A stretch of DNA of 64,000 bases from a bacterium (GTDB lineage Bacteria > JAJVIF01). Shown here one piece after another: positions 50,166-59,158 of this stretch. The notes under the pieces are model-generated. The model was not told where the DNA came from. It did not search any database and saw only the letters and a program-made list of their open reading frames with translations. Numbering within the stretch: position 1 is the first letter of the stretch; each line of letters begins with the position of its first letter. The stretch lies in contig JAJVIF010000004.1 of assembly GCA_022072165.1 (NCBI GenBank), positions 79,667-143,666 of the forward strand, read 5' to 3'. Made by a program: the position numbers and the translations under genes.

Positions 50166-50543
50166 CTAACAGCACTCTGCGGACTCCTCCTCACCACAGA
50201 CGAAAGGCTCTCCAATCGGGTACGACGGATAGCCGGGTGGGAAGCAAGTGCAGCTTCCTGCGCAGGTATAAGAAGTGTAGGTCTTGTACTCTCGCCAGTG
50301 TTGACCTGTGCATGGGATGCAGTTTAGGCAAGCACAATTTGCGGGAGGGCAGCTCAGGAATGCAGCTTTCTGAATATTGTAAAAGTGTGTACAAGGTGAG
50401 AAGCCCGACCCGTTCCAGCACCAGCAAACCTCAAAGCCGGTGCCCCCAAGAGAGATCTCCATCTCGCAGCAGTCTGCAAAAGTAACTGATGGGAGCAAAA
50501 GCACGCTCCAGCCTAGTACAGCAGAAAGGAAAAACCTTAACAC
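50166..50543 (-). CDS. secreted cysteine-rich small protein 3
   Basis: GTG start at 50543 with GGAGGA RBS (track ORF extends to a TTG at 50585); signal peptide ending VTFA then DCC...; ends ...EEESAECC. Confidence 0.5.
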   Translation of the reverse strand: MLRFFLSAVLGWSVLLLPSVTFADCCEMEISLGGTGFEVCWCWNGSGFSPCTHFYNIQKAAFLSCPPANCACLNCIPCTGQHWREYKTYTSYTCAGSCTCFPPGYPSYPIGEPFVCGEEESAECC

Positions 50544-50782
50544 GGGTTTCCTCCAGGCTGGGATTTGGGTGATCGGACGCGACAAAATCTACCCTGCTTC
50601 CTCATTGCAGTCAATGAGCTTTTCTAAAAAATGCGTCCATACTGAACGAGTTGCTGCAGCAATGCCGCCAGCGCTGCATCGCTGGTAGTATCAATCGGCA
50701 AACGGCGGTGGGTCTGAAGAGCAGTTTCCCGCATCGGGCAGTATCAGCTAAAGAGGGGAGCGAAGGCCGGTACAATCAGCAG

Positions 50783-52339
50783 ATGCCCTTCGAAGTGACC
50801 TTCGATGACCAGCCCTATCCCCTGCCACCGGAGTTGGTGCCACCCCCCTTAGGGTTGCTGCCCGCCGATGAGGGGCCAGATAAACTCGCCCTGTTTGAAG
50901 CGCTTGGGCGGCTACAGCGCGACCTCTCCCGGCTCTCCGGACGCCTCCAGCTCAACATCAAGAGTCAGCAGGAAGGGCAGATGAAGGTCGAGGAAGCGAT
51001 GGGGGCTCTGGAGTCCCGCTTCCGCGAAGCGAGCCTGGTGAAGCCCCCGCCACCCCCGGTCGTGACTGGTGGTGGGGCGAGCCTCGAACAGTTGACCCCC
51101 CATCTGGCGAAGCTGAGCGAGCAGCTGGTCGGCATCCAGCGGAAGGTCAATCCCCTCAGCGAGCAGCTCGAAGCGGTGAAGGGGAGTTACAGGGAGAAGG
51201 TCGAGGAGAGTCAAATCGAGCGGATTCTCCCGGTCCTCGACTCCTTCGAGCGCCTCTTCGAGCAGGCGGGTCAGAGTGAAGACCCGAAGATGCAGAAGTG
51301 GCTCGAAGGAGTCCGGATGATCTACAACCAGCTGCGCAGCTTCCTGCGAGGTCAGGGGGTCGAGGAGATTCCGGCTCTGGGTGAGGTGTTTGATCCGAAG
51401 CTCTTCGCAGCGGTCGGGACCGACCCTACGGATGCGTATCCGCCGAACGTGGTCAGCCGGGTCGGTCGGACTGGGTATCGCCGTCAGACCGAATCGGGTA
51501 CGAAAATCCTGCGAGTCCCGGAAGTCTTTGTGGCCAAGCCTCCGACGGAAGCGATGCGCCTCGATGAGTCGCAGCTGACCCGGGCGGAAATCCTGGAGCA
51601 GCAGCGTCGGGAGGATGCGGGGGAAGTTTCTGCGTCATCATCGTCGACGTCTGCGCCTCCGCCAGCGACTGCTGCACCACCTGCACCACTCATCGCTGCC
51701 CCACCGGCCCCATCACCAGCGCCTGTCGTGATGACGGAGCCTGCACCGGAGCCACCACCAGCGTTAGTTGCAGAATCTGTAGCAGAGCCAGCCGCCGCCG
51801 AGGATCTGTTACCCGATCCTGCGACTCTCACCATTGGTCCGGGGGAGGACAAGTTTGCCGACATCCGGGCGAAGGCGGAAGCCGCGCTCAAAGGGCTGTT
51901 CGAGCCCGCCGCGCATCTGGAGTCCGCCCATCCGACCCCGGTGGCGGAGCCGCCAGCACCATCCGTGTCGCCATCGCAGCAGACCAGCTTCGCTGGCTGG
52001 GGTGGTCTTGGGACCGAAGCGACTGTGCCGGACACGCCACCGCAGATGCCAGCAGTCGAGGGAGGAGTCCCGATGGATGCACCGCCGCTGGAAGGGGGAG
52101 GCGAGGAGTACTACGCCTCCGGGGATGGGTTGTATGAACTCCGGATGGCGCGGGGTCTGAGCCTCGCGGACTTCTGGGGACATGCGTTCGGCAAGCAGTT
52201 GGGTGACCAGCAACTGATGGACCTGGGGGAAGCGGTCGAGCGGGAAGAGGAGTGTATCGATGAGAAGGAGCTGCGTCGGCTGGCTCAGGGTCTGGGACTG
52301 ACCGTCGAGGACCTGCTGCCACTGCTCCGTCGGGAGTAA
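50783..52339 (+). CDS. grpE: GrpE-domain nucleotide exchange factor with long Pro/Ala-rich C-terminal extension
   Basis: ILPVLDSFERLFEQAG, EGVRMIYNQLRSFLRGQGVEEIPALGEVFDPKLFAAVG and VGRTGYRRQTESGTKILRVPEVFVAKP match GrpE; followed by about 250 aa of P/A/E-rich sequence. Start uncertain. Confidence 0.7.
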   Translation: MPFEVTFDDQPYPLPPELVPPPLGLLPADEGPDKLALFEALGRLQRDLSRLSGRLQLNIKSQQEGQMKVEEAMGALESRFREASLVKPPPPPVVTGGGASLEQLTPHLAKLSEQLVGIQRKVNPLSEQLEAVKGSYREKVEESQIERILPVLDSFERLFEQAGQSEDPKMQKWLEGVRMIYNQLRSFLRGQGVEEIPALGEVFDPKLFAAVGTDPTDAYPPNVVSRVGRTGYRRQTESGTKILRVPEVFVAKPPTEAMRLDESQLTRAEILEQQRREDAGEVSASSSSTSAPPPATAAPPAPLIAAPPAPSPAPVVMTEPAPEPPPALVAESVAEPAAAEDLLPDPATLTIGPGEDKFADIRAKAEAALKGLFEPAAHLESAHPTPVAEPPAPSVSPSQQTSFAGWGGLGTEATVPDTPPQMPAVEGGVPMDAPPLEGGGEEYYASGDGLYELRMARGLSLADFWGHAFGKQLGDQQLMDLGEAVEREEECIDEKELRRLAQGLGLTVEDLLPLLRRE

Positions 52340-52364
52340 ACTGGTTCACGAGGAGGACGTCGAC

Positions 52365-53063
52365 GTGGAAACGCTGATCGGACAGGGCGCATACACGTTG
52401 CGTGAAGCCGGGCGCATCCTCGGACGTCCGAAGCGTTGGGTCGAGGGCTGGCTGAAGTCGTTAGACCGCACCAAATCCGGTGTACTGCAGGACCGTTGGG
52501 TGTTTGAAGATGTTCGTCTGCTCACTTTTGCAGATTTAATCGAGCTATACCTGATTTCGGAATTCCAGGAGGTCGGGATCAAACGTGCTGTCATCAGAAA
52601 GGCAGCACAGACTCTGACCGAGCGCTACAACTCGCCGCACCCCTTCTCCCTGCGTGCCTGTTTCGCCGATGTGCAGGCGATCTTTTTTAAGTATCAGGGC
52701 GTTCAGGGTGAGTTGAATGAGGATGCTTCCGGCCGGAAGGGACAGCTGGTGATCCCGGCACTTCTGGATGTCATCAGGCATGTCGAAACTCGGCTGGAGT
52801 TTGATGCGGATGGGAAAGCAATTCGGTTCTGGCCGATGGCTACCGGCACTAAGCGTGGTTTGGTGGTGCTGGATCCGATGCGCCAGATGGGGCGACCAAT
52901 CGTGGCGGCCTGCGGCGTTTCCACCCGGGTGCTGGACCTGGCTGTTAAAGCCGAGGGTGTGGAGTATCTGAACGACATCGCGAAGTCCTATCGGGTGTCC
53001 CCTGCTGATGTCCGTGCGGCCGTTGAGTATGAGGAATCATTGCTGCACCGCTCCGCTGCATGA
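52365..53063 (+). CDS. DUF433-domain protein (antitoxin-like) with extended N-terminal region
   Basis: GTG start with AGGAGGA RBS; C-terminal GRPIVAACGVSTRVLDLAVKAEGVEYLNDIAKSYRVSPADVRAAVEY resembles DUF433. Confidence 0.55.
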   Translation: METLIGQGAYTLREAGRILGRPKRWVEGWLKSLDRTKSGVLQDRWVFEDVRLLTFADLIELYLISEFQEVGIKRAVIRKAAQTLTERYNSPHPFSLRACFADVQAIFFKYQGVQGELNEDASGRKGQLVIPALLDVIRHVETRLEFDADGKAIRFWPMATGTKRGLVVLDPMRQMGRPIVAACGVSTRVLDLAVKAEGVEYLNDIAKSYRVSPADVRAAVEYEESLLHRSAA

Positions 53064-53485
53064 AAATCCTGCTGGACGAGCATCATCCTGTGGAGGTTCA
53101 GAATGCCCTGAACACCCTGGGTGATGTGGCGGAAATGATGATTAGGCTGCTGCAACAGGGAATGTCCGATGAAGCACTGTTGGCCTACTCAAAGCAGGAA
53201 AAGTTTGAAGTCTTCCTGACCGCAGACCGAGGTATGCGAGGGAAGCAGACGCACAGGGCCAGCCTGGCCGGCTTCCTAGATATGGGTTGCGTGATCTTCC
53301 TGCCAGCGAAGTACACAAAGCTGGGTCGGTCGCAAAAGGCTGCCTGGCTGCTGGAGTATTGGCCTGACATCCGCAGTGTGGTGGACAAATGTCCTGCCGG
53401 TCACTTCATCAAAGTGACTGCGACAGGACTGCCGCAGATTCGGCCGTACAATCCCCCGACTCATTCAAGCGGGGGACCGGTGTAA
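53060..53485 (+). CDS. DUF5615-family (PIN-like) protein, putative toxin partner of DUF433
   Basis: MKILLDEHHP... N-terminus typical of DUF5615; ATGA overlap with upstream gene. Confidence 0.6.
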   Translation: MKILLDEHHPVEVQNALNTLGDVAEMMIRLLQQGMSDEALLAYSKQEKFEVFLTADRGMRGKQTHRASLAGFLDMGCVIFLPAKYTKLGRSQKAAWLLEYWPDIRSVVDKCPAGHFIKVTATGLPQIRPYNPPTHSSGGPV

Positions 53486-54381
53486 CGACGCTGGACCTCC
53501 AGCACCTGATATGGCAGCGCAGCGAAGAGGTGTTGACAGGGCAAACTCCGTAAATCGACACCACCCACATAAGTCGACACCCAGGCATCTTTCAGCTGAC
53601 GCAAGCCCTCGGTGAAGAGCGCTCGCCCGTAGCCCTGTCCCTGCGCCGCGGGCTCGACATGCAGTGCCAGTAACGCGCCAGTCCGGGGATCGGCGGGCCA
53701 GCTTTGCGGCAACACCGCTCCGATGGGCCGCCCGTTGTGGTAGCCGATCCGCCAGCGCTGAGGTTCCAGTTGCGCCCCGGCAACCTGCCGCATCGCGAGC
53801 AGGGTGGCGGTGGCAGTCCCTTCAGGCATCGCTCCAATGGTTTCCAGCATCTGTCCGAACTGGAGATTGCCGACATCATGCAGGCTCCGCCAGGCGAGGG
53901 GGAGCTGCTTTGTGGGAGGAGTCCAGCCTGCCAGATCAGCTTTGAGCATGGACTGCTCATCGAGGTCCTGAAAGCCCATCGCCACGAAAAGCTGATCCAG
54001 CCGATCCGGGTCGCCCTGCACAGGGTCCAGTAGCAGGACCCCTTCGATCTGCTTAATCTGCCGCGACCAGCACTCCGCCAAAAAGCGGGCCAGCAGACTC
54101 CGCCCGATTTCATCGATGTGAGCGGGGTCGGGGATGAGGGGGGCGAGGACCTCCGCGCGCCGTCCGGGGCGAAAGCGTGCCCGGAGGACTCCCAGCCATT
54201 GCCCCCGGGATCCTTCAGCGACCAGGAACTCGGCGGGGTCGAAATCCGGGGCATGGAGGGCCGGCACCAGCCGATTCAGGGCGGCTTCGGCGGTCCCACC
54301 CGTCAGGGACTGGGTCAGGGCGACCCACTGGGGGCCTTCCACGGGCGTCAATGAGCGGACCGAGAAGTGCAAAGGAGCCAT
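53461..54381 (-). CDS. GNAT-family N-acetyltransferase (two-lobed)
   Basis: ALLALHVEPAAQGQGYGRALF resembles GNAT motif A. Confidence 0.55.
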   Translation of the reverse strand: MAPLHFSVRSLTPVEGPQWVALTQSLTGGTAEAALNRLVPALHAPDFDPAEFLVAEGSRGQWLGVLRARFRPGRRAEVLAPLIPDPAHIDEIGRSLLARFLAECWSRQIKQIEGVLLLDPVQGDPDRLDQLFVAMGFQDLDEQSMLKADLAGWTPPTKQLPLAWRSLHDVGNLQFGQMLETIGAMPEGTATATLLAMRQVAGAQLEPQRWRIGYHNGRPIGAVLPQSWPADPRTGALLALHVEPAAQGQGYGRALFTEGLRQLKDAWVSTYVGGVDLRSLPCQHLFAALPYQVLEVQRRYTGPPLE

Positions 54382-54569
54382 GCTGAAGGGGCATTATGGA
54401 CGAGTCTGGCGGGTACAATAGTAAGTCGCGACCTCTGGCCACCGGTTCCGGTCCCTGGGCCTTCCACTGAGGGATGACAGGTGGAGAGAGAGATGCCAGT
54501 CGCCGCTGTCACCAGCCCGGCCGTCGTTGGCCCGGTGTTGCCCAGGAAGTAGTGAGGCTCGCCACTCTC

Positions 54570-55688
54570 ATGGCTGTCTGTCAACCAGGGACTGCTCCCA
54601 CGACGCTCGAACGGAGCATCGGGACGTTGTTTGGGCTGGCCATCGGGGATGCCCTGGGGGCGCCGGTGGAAGGCTGGCCCCGGGAGACGATCCGAACGGC
54701 GCTCGGTTTTGTGCGGGATTATCAGTACACGATTTTGGGGCGGGGGACCGTCAGCGATGACACCCAGATGACCTTGGCCCTCGCCGAAAGCATCACGCAG
54801 GAGAGGCAGTTCGAACCGGAGCATTTCGCTTTCTGTCTTGGCGAATGGATGCGGAAGCACGACCAGGGGATCGAGGCCGCCCGTGGGGCGAGCAAAACAG
54901 TCACCCTCACCACCCGGGCGCTCTACCGGGGGATCCCCTGGACCGAGACCGGTCAGCCCTCAGCCTCGAATGTCCCGGCCGTCCGGGTCGCGCCGCTGGC
55001 GCTCTACCACCTGCACAGCGATGAGGCTGCGCTGCTGCGGGATGTGGAAGATTCCGCGCTCCCGACGAATGTCGATCCCCTGGCTATCAGCGGCGCGAAG
55101 CTCATCGCCCTGGCGATCCGGGCGCTGCTCCGGACCGATCCTGGCGAGTTCTCACCATCATCGTTCCTCGATTACCTTGAGATCCATGCCCGCCATTTCT
55201 CGCCCCGTCTGGCAGAAGCCCTACGACCCATCCGGGAGTTTCTCTGTCAGACCCCGCTGGAAGATCAGGTCTTCGGGTCGCCGGTGGCAGGCTATGCCCA
55301 TCCGGAGTACTGCCTCGACCTGCAGGCGGAAATCATGGACCGGTTCGAGGTGCTGCAGCGGATCGGCACCGGCAAGTTCGTGCTGGAGTCGATCCCGGCG
55401 GCAATTTACTGCTTCCTGCAGAGCCCCCACAATTTCGAGATGAGCATTACGACCGCTGTCAATGCGGGGGGCGACACCGACTCCATCGCAGCAATGACTG
55501 GTGCCCTGTCCGGGGCGTTTAACGGCACCACCGGGATCCCGCAGCGCTATCTGGAAGAACTGGAGCATCGGGATCGACTGATGGACCTGGCGACCCAGCT
55601 CTATGCGATGGCGGATGACTCGGACCATACGGAGCCGACCACCTGGTCGTTGTCGGTGCAGATCACCCAATTGCGCCAGTCGGAGTGA
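54570..55688 (+). CDS. ADP-ribosylglycohydrolase family protein (DraG/ARH-like)
   Basis: GTLFGLAIGDALGAPVEGW and TAVNAGGDTDSIAAMTGALSGAFNG are the two signature ARH motifs; start approximate. Confidence 0.8.
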   Translation: MAVCQPGTAPTTLERSIGTLFGLAIGDALGAPVEGWPRETIRTALGFVRDYQYTILGRGTVSDDTQMTLALAESITQERQFEPEHFAFCLGEWMRKHDQGIEAARGASKTVTLTTRALYRGIPWTETGQPSASNVPAVRVAPLALYHLHSDEAALLRDVEDSALPTNVDPLAISGAKLIALAIRALLRTDPGEFSPSSFLDYLEIHARHFSPRLAEALRPIREFLCQTPLEDQVFGSPVAGYAHPEYCLDLQAEIMDRFEVLQRIGTGKFVLESIPAAIYCFLQSPHNFEMSITTAVNAGGDTDSIAAMTGALSGAFNGTTGIPQRYLEELEHRDRLMDLATQLYAMADDSDHTEPTTWSLSVQITQLRQSE

Positions 55689-56338
55689 GCGATTCGTTTC
55701 AGTCGTTGCTGGCGGACTATCGTGCTCTGGCCCTGACGGACCCTTTTCAGCCACCCCGTGATCTTGAGGTCTACGCCCGCTGGCAGCAGTCACCAACGGA
55801 GGCGGTGGTCATGGCCGGGAATCTGGCGGCCTCGCTCTGCATCCTGGGGCGGGACCTGGGGAAAGACGAGGTCCGCTATCAGCAGCCGCTCATCGGCGCA
55901 GCGGGCCAGAAAGTGCGTCGCACCCTGCAGCAAGTGCTGGCCCCCTCGACCCTCGAGGACAAGCCCTGGTTTACGGCGGGTCTGGCGCATTACTGCATCA
56001 CCAACACGGTGCCGTACAAGCCGCTCGGCAACGCCCCATTTAGTGAGACCACCAGGGAAAAGTGTCGTCCGCTGGTGGAGCGATTCTTAGCGGACCTCTG
56101 GCAGGGAGATGTGCTGATGCCGCTGGGGCTTGGTGCGCTGGAATGGTGCCGTCCCTATGGCGCTGCGACCGTCGATCGCTTCGTCGCCCTCCCGCTCCCC
56201 GCCTGGCATGAGGCGGAGGGGCAGATCAAAATCGGCGGCAAAGTCATCCGCCTGCTCCCCCTGCCGCATCCTTCACCGCTGAGCCAGTACTCGCGTCATT
56301 TTCCCGAGTGGCTGGCTGCCCGCATCGCGCAGCTGTAA
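55685..56338 (+). CDS. uracil-DNA glycosylase superfamily protein with non-canonical motif A
   Basis: C-terminal LPLPHPSPLSQ (HPS motif) and N-terminal ILGRDLGKDEV...LIGAAGQKV in the position of the GE(A/G)PG...F(V/I)G.AG motif; GTGA overlap with ARH stop. Confidence 0.6.
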   Translation: MSDSFQSLLADYRALALTDPFQPPRDLEVYARWQQSPTEAVVMAGNLAASLCILGRDLGKDEVRYQQPLIGAAGQKVRRTLQQVLAPSTLEDKPWFTAGLAHYCITNTVPYKPLGNAPFSETTREKCRPLVERFLADLWQGDVLMPLGLGALEWCRPYGAATVDRFVALPLPAWHEAEGQIKIGGKVIRLLPLPHPSPLSQYSRHFPEWLAARIAQL

Positions 56339-56472
56339 CGGCACGCCGGTCGCGCCAGCAGCGCGATTGTTTCCCCCGCGATACCGGGAAATCGGGGCTG
56401 ACCGGTGTCGATTGTGCGGGCGACATCCTATCCTGAGAGGAGTCGACCACCTCTCGCTTGCCGGAGCTTTCC

Positions 56473-57504
56473 ATGCACTACCGTCTGTTGGCTAACACGG
56501 GACTCTACGTTTCCGAACTCTGTCTTGGGACGATGACATTCGGGGGACGGGGCAACTGGAAAGTGGTCGGTGCGCTGGATCAGGCGGCATCCGAAGCGTT
56601 GGTCAGGCAGGCCCTGGAAGGCGGCATCAACTTCTTCGACACTGCCAATATCTATTCAGAAGGCGAGTCGGAGACGATCTTTGGGCAGGCCCTGCAGAAC
56701 CTGGGGACCGACCGTGAGACGCTGGTGATCGCGACCAAGTGCCGGGGTCGGATGGGGGCGGGTCCGAATCAGGTGGGTCTGAGCCGCAAGCATATTTTTG
56801 AGGCGGTCGATGCCAGTCTGCGCCGGCTGCAGATGGACTACATCGACCTCTACCAGATTCATGGGGTCGATCCCCTGACTCCCATCGAAGAGACCATGGA
56901 TGCGCTGGATGCCCTGGTCACCAGCGGGAAAGTGCGCTACATCGGATACTGCAACCTGCCCGCCTGGTACGCGATGAAAGCGCTGGCCTACGCCGGCAGC
57001 CGACAGCAGGCGCGATTTATCAGCGCGCAGATGTACTACTCCATCGCGGGTAGGGACATCGAGCGGGAAGTCGTGCCGCAGGTGCAGGATCAGCACCTGG
57101 CGCTCCTGCCCTGGAGTCCCCTGGCGGGGGGGCTCCTCTCCGGCAAGTTTGATCTCGACTCTCCCGGCCCGGAAGGGGCGCGACGTGCCAGCTTTGATTT
57201 CCCGCCGGTGGATCTGGATCGGGCGCGCGGGGTCCTGCAGGTGATGCGGGAAGTCGCGACTGAACAGGAGCGGAGTGTCGCGGAAGTCGCGCTGGCCTGG
57301 CTTCTGACCCGCCCGTATGTCACCAGCGTGATTATTGGGGCCCGGACCCCGGAGCAGCTGACGGCGAATCTGCAGTCGACGGATGTCGAGCTCACGGCGG
57401 ACCAGGTCACGCGCCTTGATGAAGCCAGTGCACTGCCCCCGGAGTACCCCGGCTGGATGGTGGGGCGTCAGGCCGGCGACCGGATCCCCAAGGACGCGCG
57501 TTAG
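56473..57504 (+). CDS. aldo/keto reductase
   Basis: MHYRLLANTGLYVSELCLGTMTFGG..., INFFDTANIYSEGESE, YIDLYQIHGVD typical AKR motifs; GGAG RBS. Confidence 0.85.
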   Translation: MHYRLLANTGLYVSELCLGTMTFGGRGNWKVVGALDQAASEALVRQALEGGINFFDTANIYSEGESETIFGQALQNLGTDRETLVIATKCRGRMGAGPNQVGLSRKHIFEAVDASLRRLQMDYIDLYQIHGVDPLTPIEETMDALDALVTSGKVRYIGYCNLPAWYAMKALAYAGSRQQARFISAQMYYSIAGRDIEREVVPQVQDQHLALLPWSPLAGGLLSGKFDLDSPGPEGARRASFDFPPVDLDRARGVLQVMREVATEQERSVAEVALAWLLTRPYVTSVIIGARTPEQLTANLQSTDVELTADQVTRLDEASALPPEYPGWMVGRQAGDRIPKDAR

Positions 57505-59042
57505 ACTGCCACGCCGGCCCGGTCCAGGGAGCGGTACTGGATGGCTTCCGCGATATCAGCGGTGGAACAGGCTTCCCGTCCATCCAGGTCCGCAATGGTC
57601 CTGGCGATCTTCAGTACCCGGGTGTAGGCACGCGCCGACAGCCCCAGCGAGTCCACGGCCCGTTTCAGGAGCGACTGTGCCTCCGGGGGGAGGGGCCGGT
57701 CCTGCTCAATCAGACGGGCTGGGGCGATCGCGTTGCTGGAGTACGGCGTCCCCTGGTACCGCCGCAACTGGCGCTCCCGGGAGGCCAGCACCCGCTCCCG
57801 GACCTGCGCGCTCGATTCCCCCTCATGCTTCAGTCGCAGATGCTCGTAGGGGACACGCGGCACGATGACATGGAGGTCGATGCGGTCCATGAGTGGACCT
57901 GAAATGCGCTTGAGGTAAGAAGCGACCTGCTGCGGCGAGCAGGAACAGGTCCGCAGGCCATCGCCGTAGAACCCGCAGGGACAGGGATTCATCGCTGCGA
58001 CCAGGGAAAACTGTGCCGGGAAAGTGACGGTCGTGGAGGCCCGGGAGATCGTGACCTTGCCATCCTCCATCGGCTGACGCAGCACTTCCAGGACATCCCG
58101 TCGGAACTCCGGCAGCTCATCGAGAAAAAGCACTCCCAGATGCGAGAGGGAGACCTCGCCGGGGGTCGGGAAGGAGCCGCCACCGATGAGCCCCGCTCCG
58201 GAAATTGTGTGGTGTGGCGACCGGAAGGGGCGATGCTGAATCACGCCGGTTGATTCCGGGAGGAGTCCCATGATGCTGTAGATCTTGGTGATCTCCAGGG
58301 CTTCCTCGAATCCCAGGGGGGGGAGGATGCCCGGAAGGCGCTTCGCGAGCATACTTTTGCCTGATCCCGGAGGGCCGACCAGCAGGATGTTGTGACCGCC
58401 GGCGGCGGCGATCTCCAGCGCCCGTTTCGCCTGCTCCTGGCCTTTGACTTCGGACAGATCGAGATCCGCCAGCTCCTGTAACTGCTGCTCGAAATTGCCG
58501 GGAGCCGGGGGCTGGACCGGCAACGCCGCCTGTTCATCGGCGAGCGCTTCCACGACTTCCGCCAGGGTCCCCACCGGGTGAATCGGCAGCTCCTGCACCA
58601 GAGCGGCCTCCGCGCCGTTTCCCCGGGGACAGATGAAGCCCTTTGCCTGATCCCGCTTGCACTGGATCGCGGCGGGCAACACGCCGGTGACTCGCCGGAC
58701 CTGCCCATCCAGGGCCAGCTCGCCCATCACCGAGAGCCCCTCCAGACGTTCCGGGCGGATCTGATGGCTCGCCGCGAGAATGCCCAGCGCAATCGGGAGG
58801 TCGTAGGCCGGGCCGACCTTGCGAACATCCGCCGGGGCGAGATTGACCGTGATCGGCTTCATGGGAAATCCAAAGCCGCTGTTCTTGATGGCCGCACGCA
58901 CCCGCTCCCGGGACTCCTTCACGGCGGCATCTGGCAGCCCGACAATGTCAAAACGGGGTAACCCCTGGGCGACATCGATTTCGACGGACACCGGATGGGC
59001 ATCGACACCGACAATGCCGGCGGAACGGATAGCTGACAGCAT
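57501..59042 (-). CDS. YifB/ComM-family Mg-chelatase-like AAA+ ATPase
   Basis: MLSAIRSAGIVGVDAHPVSVEIDV..., Walker A LLVGPPGSGKSM, GVLFLDELPEF, C4 cluster NPCPCGFYGDGLRTCSC. Confidence 0.9.
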   Translation of the reverse strand: MLSAIRSAGIVGVDAHPVSVEIDVAQGLPRFDIVGLPDAAVKESRERVRAAIKNSGFGFPMKPITVNLAPADVRKVGPAYDLPIALGILAASHQIRPERLEGLSVMGELALDGQVRRVTGVLPAAIQCKRDQAKGFICPRGNGAEAALVQELPIHPVGTLAEVVEALADEQAALPVQPPAPGNFEQQLQELADLDLSEVKGQEQAKRALEIAAAGGHNILLVGPPGSGKSMLAKRLPGILPPLGFEEALEITKIYSIMGLLPESTGVIQHRPFRSPHHTISGAGLIGGGSFPTPGEVSLSHLGVLFLDELPEFRRDVLEVLRQPMEDGKVTISRASTTVTFPAQFSLVAAMNPCPCGFYGDGLRTCSCSPQQVASYLKRISGPLMDRIDLHVIVPRVPYEHLRLKHEGESSAQVRERVLASRERQLRRYQGTPYSSNAIAPARLIEQDRPLPPEAQSLLKRAVDSLGLSARAYTRVLKIARTIADLDGREACSTADIAEAIQYRSLDRAGVAV

Positions 59043-59158
59043 GGCGGGACTCCTCGGCAGGACAGATACGTTGCCCCTGGTGGGGCGTTGTCGGGGGGAG
59101 TGATGCCGCCCCTGCGACGGATTCCGCGCAGTTTGTGCAGAAAATCCAAAATTTCTTT

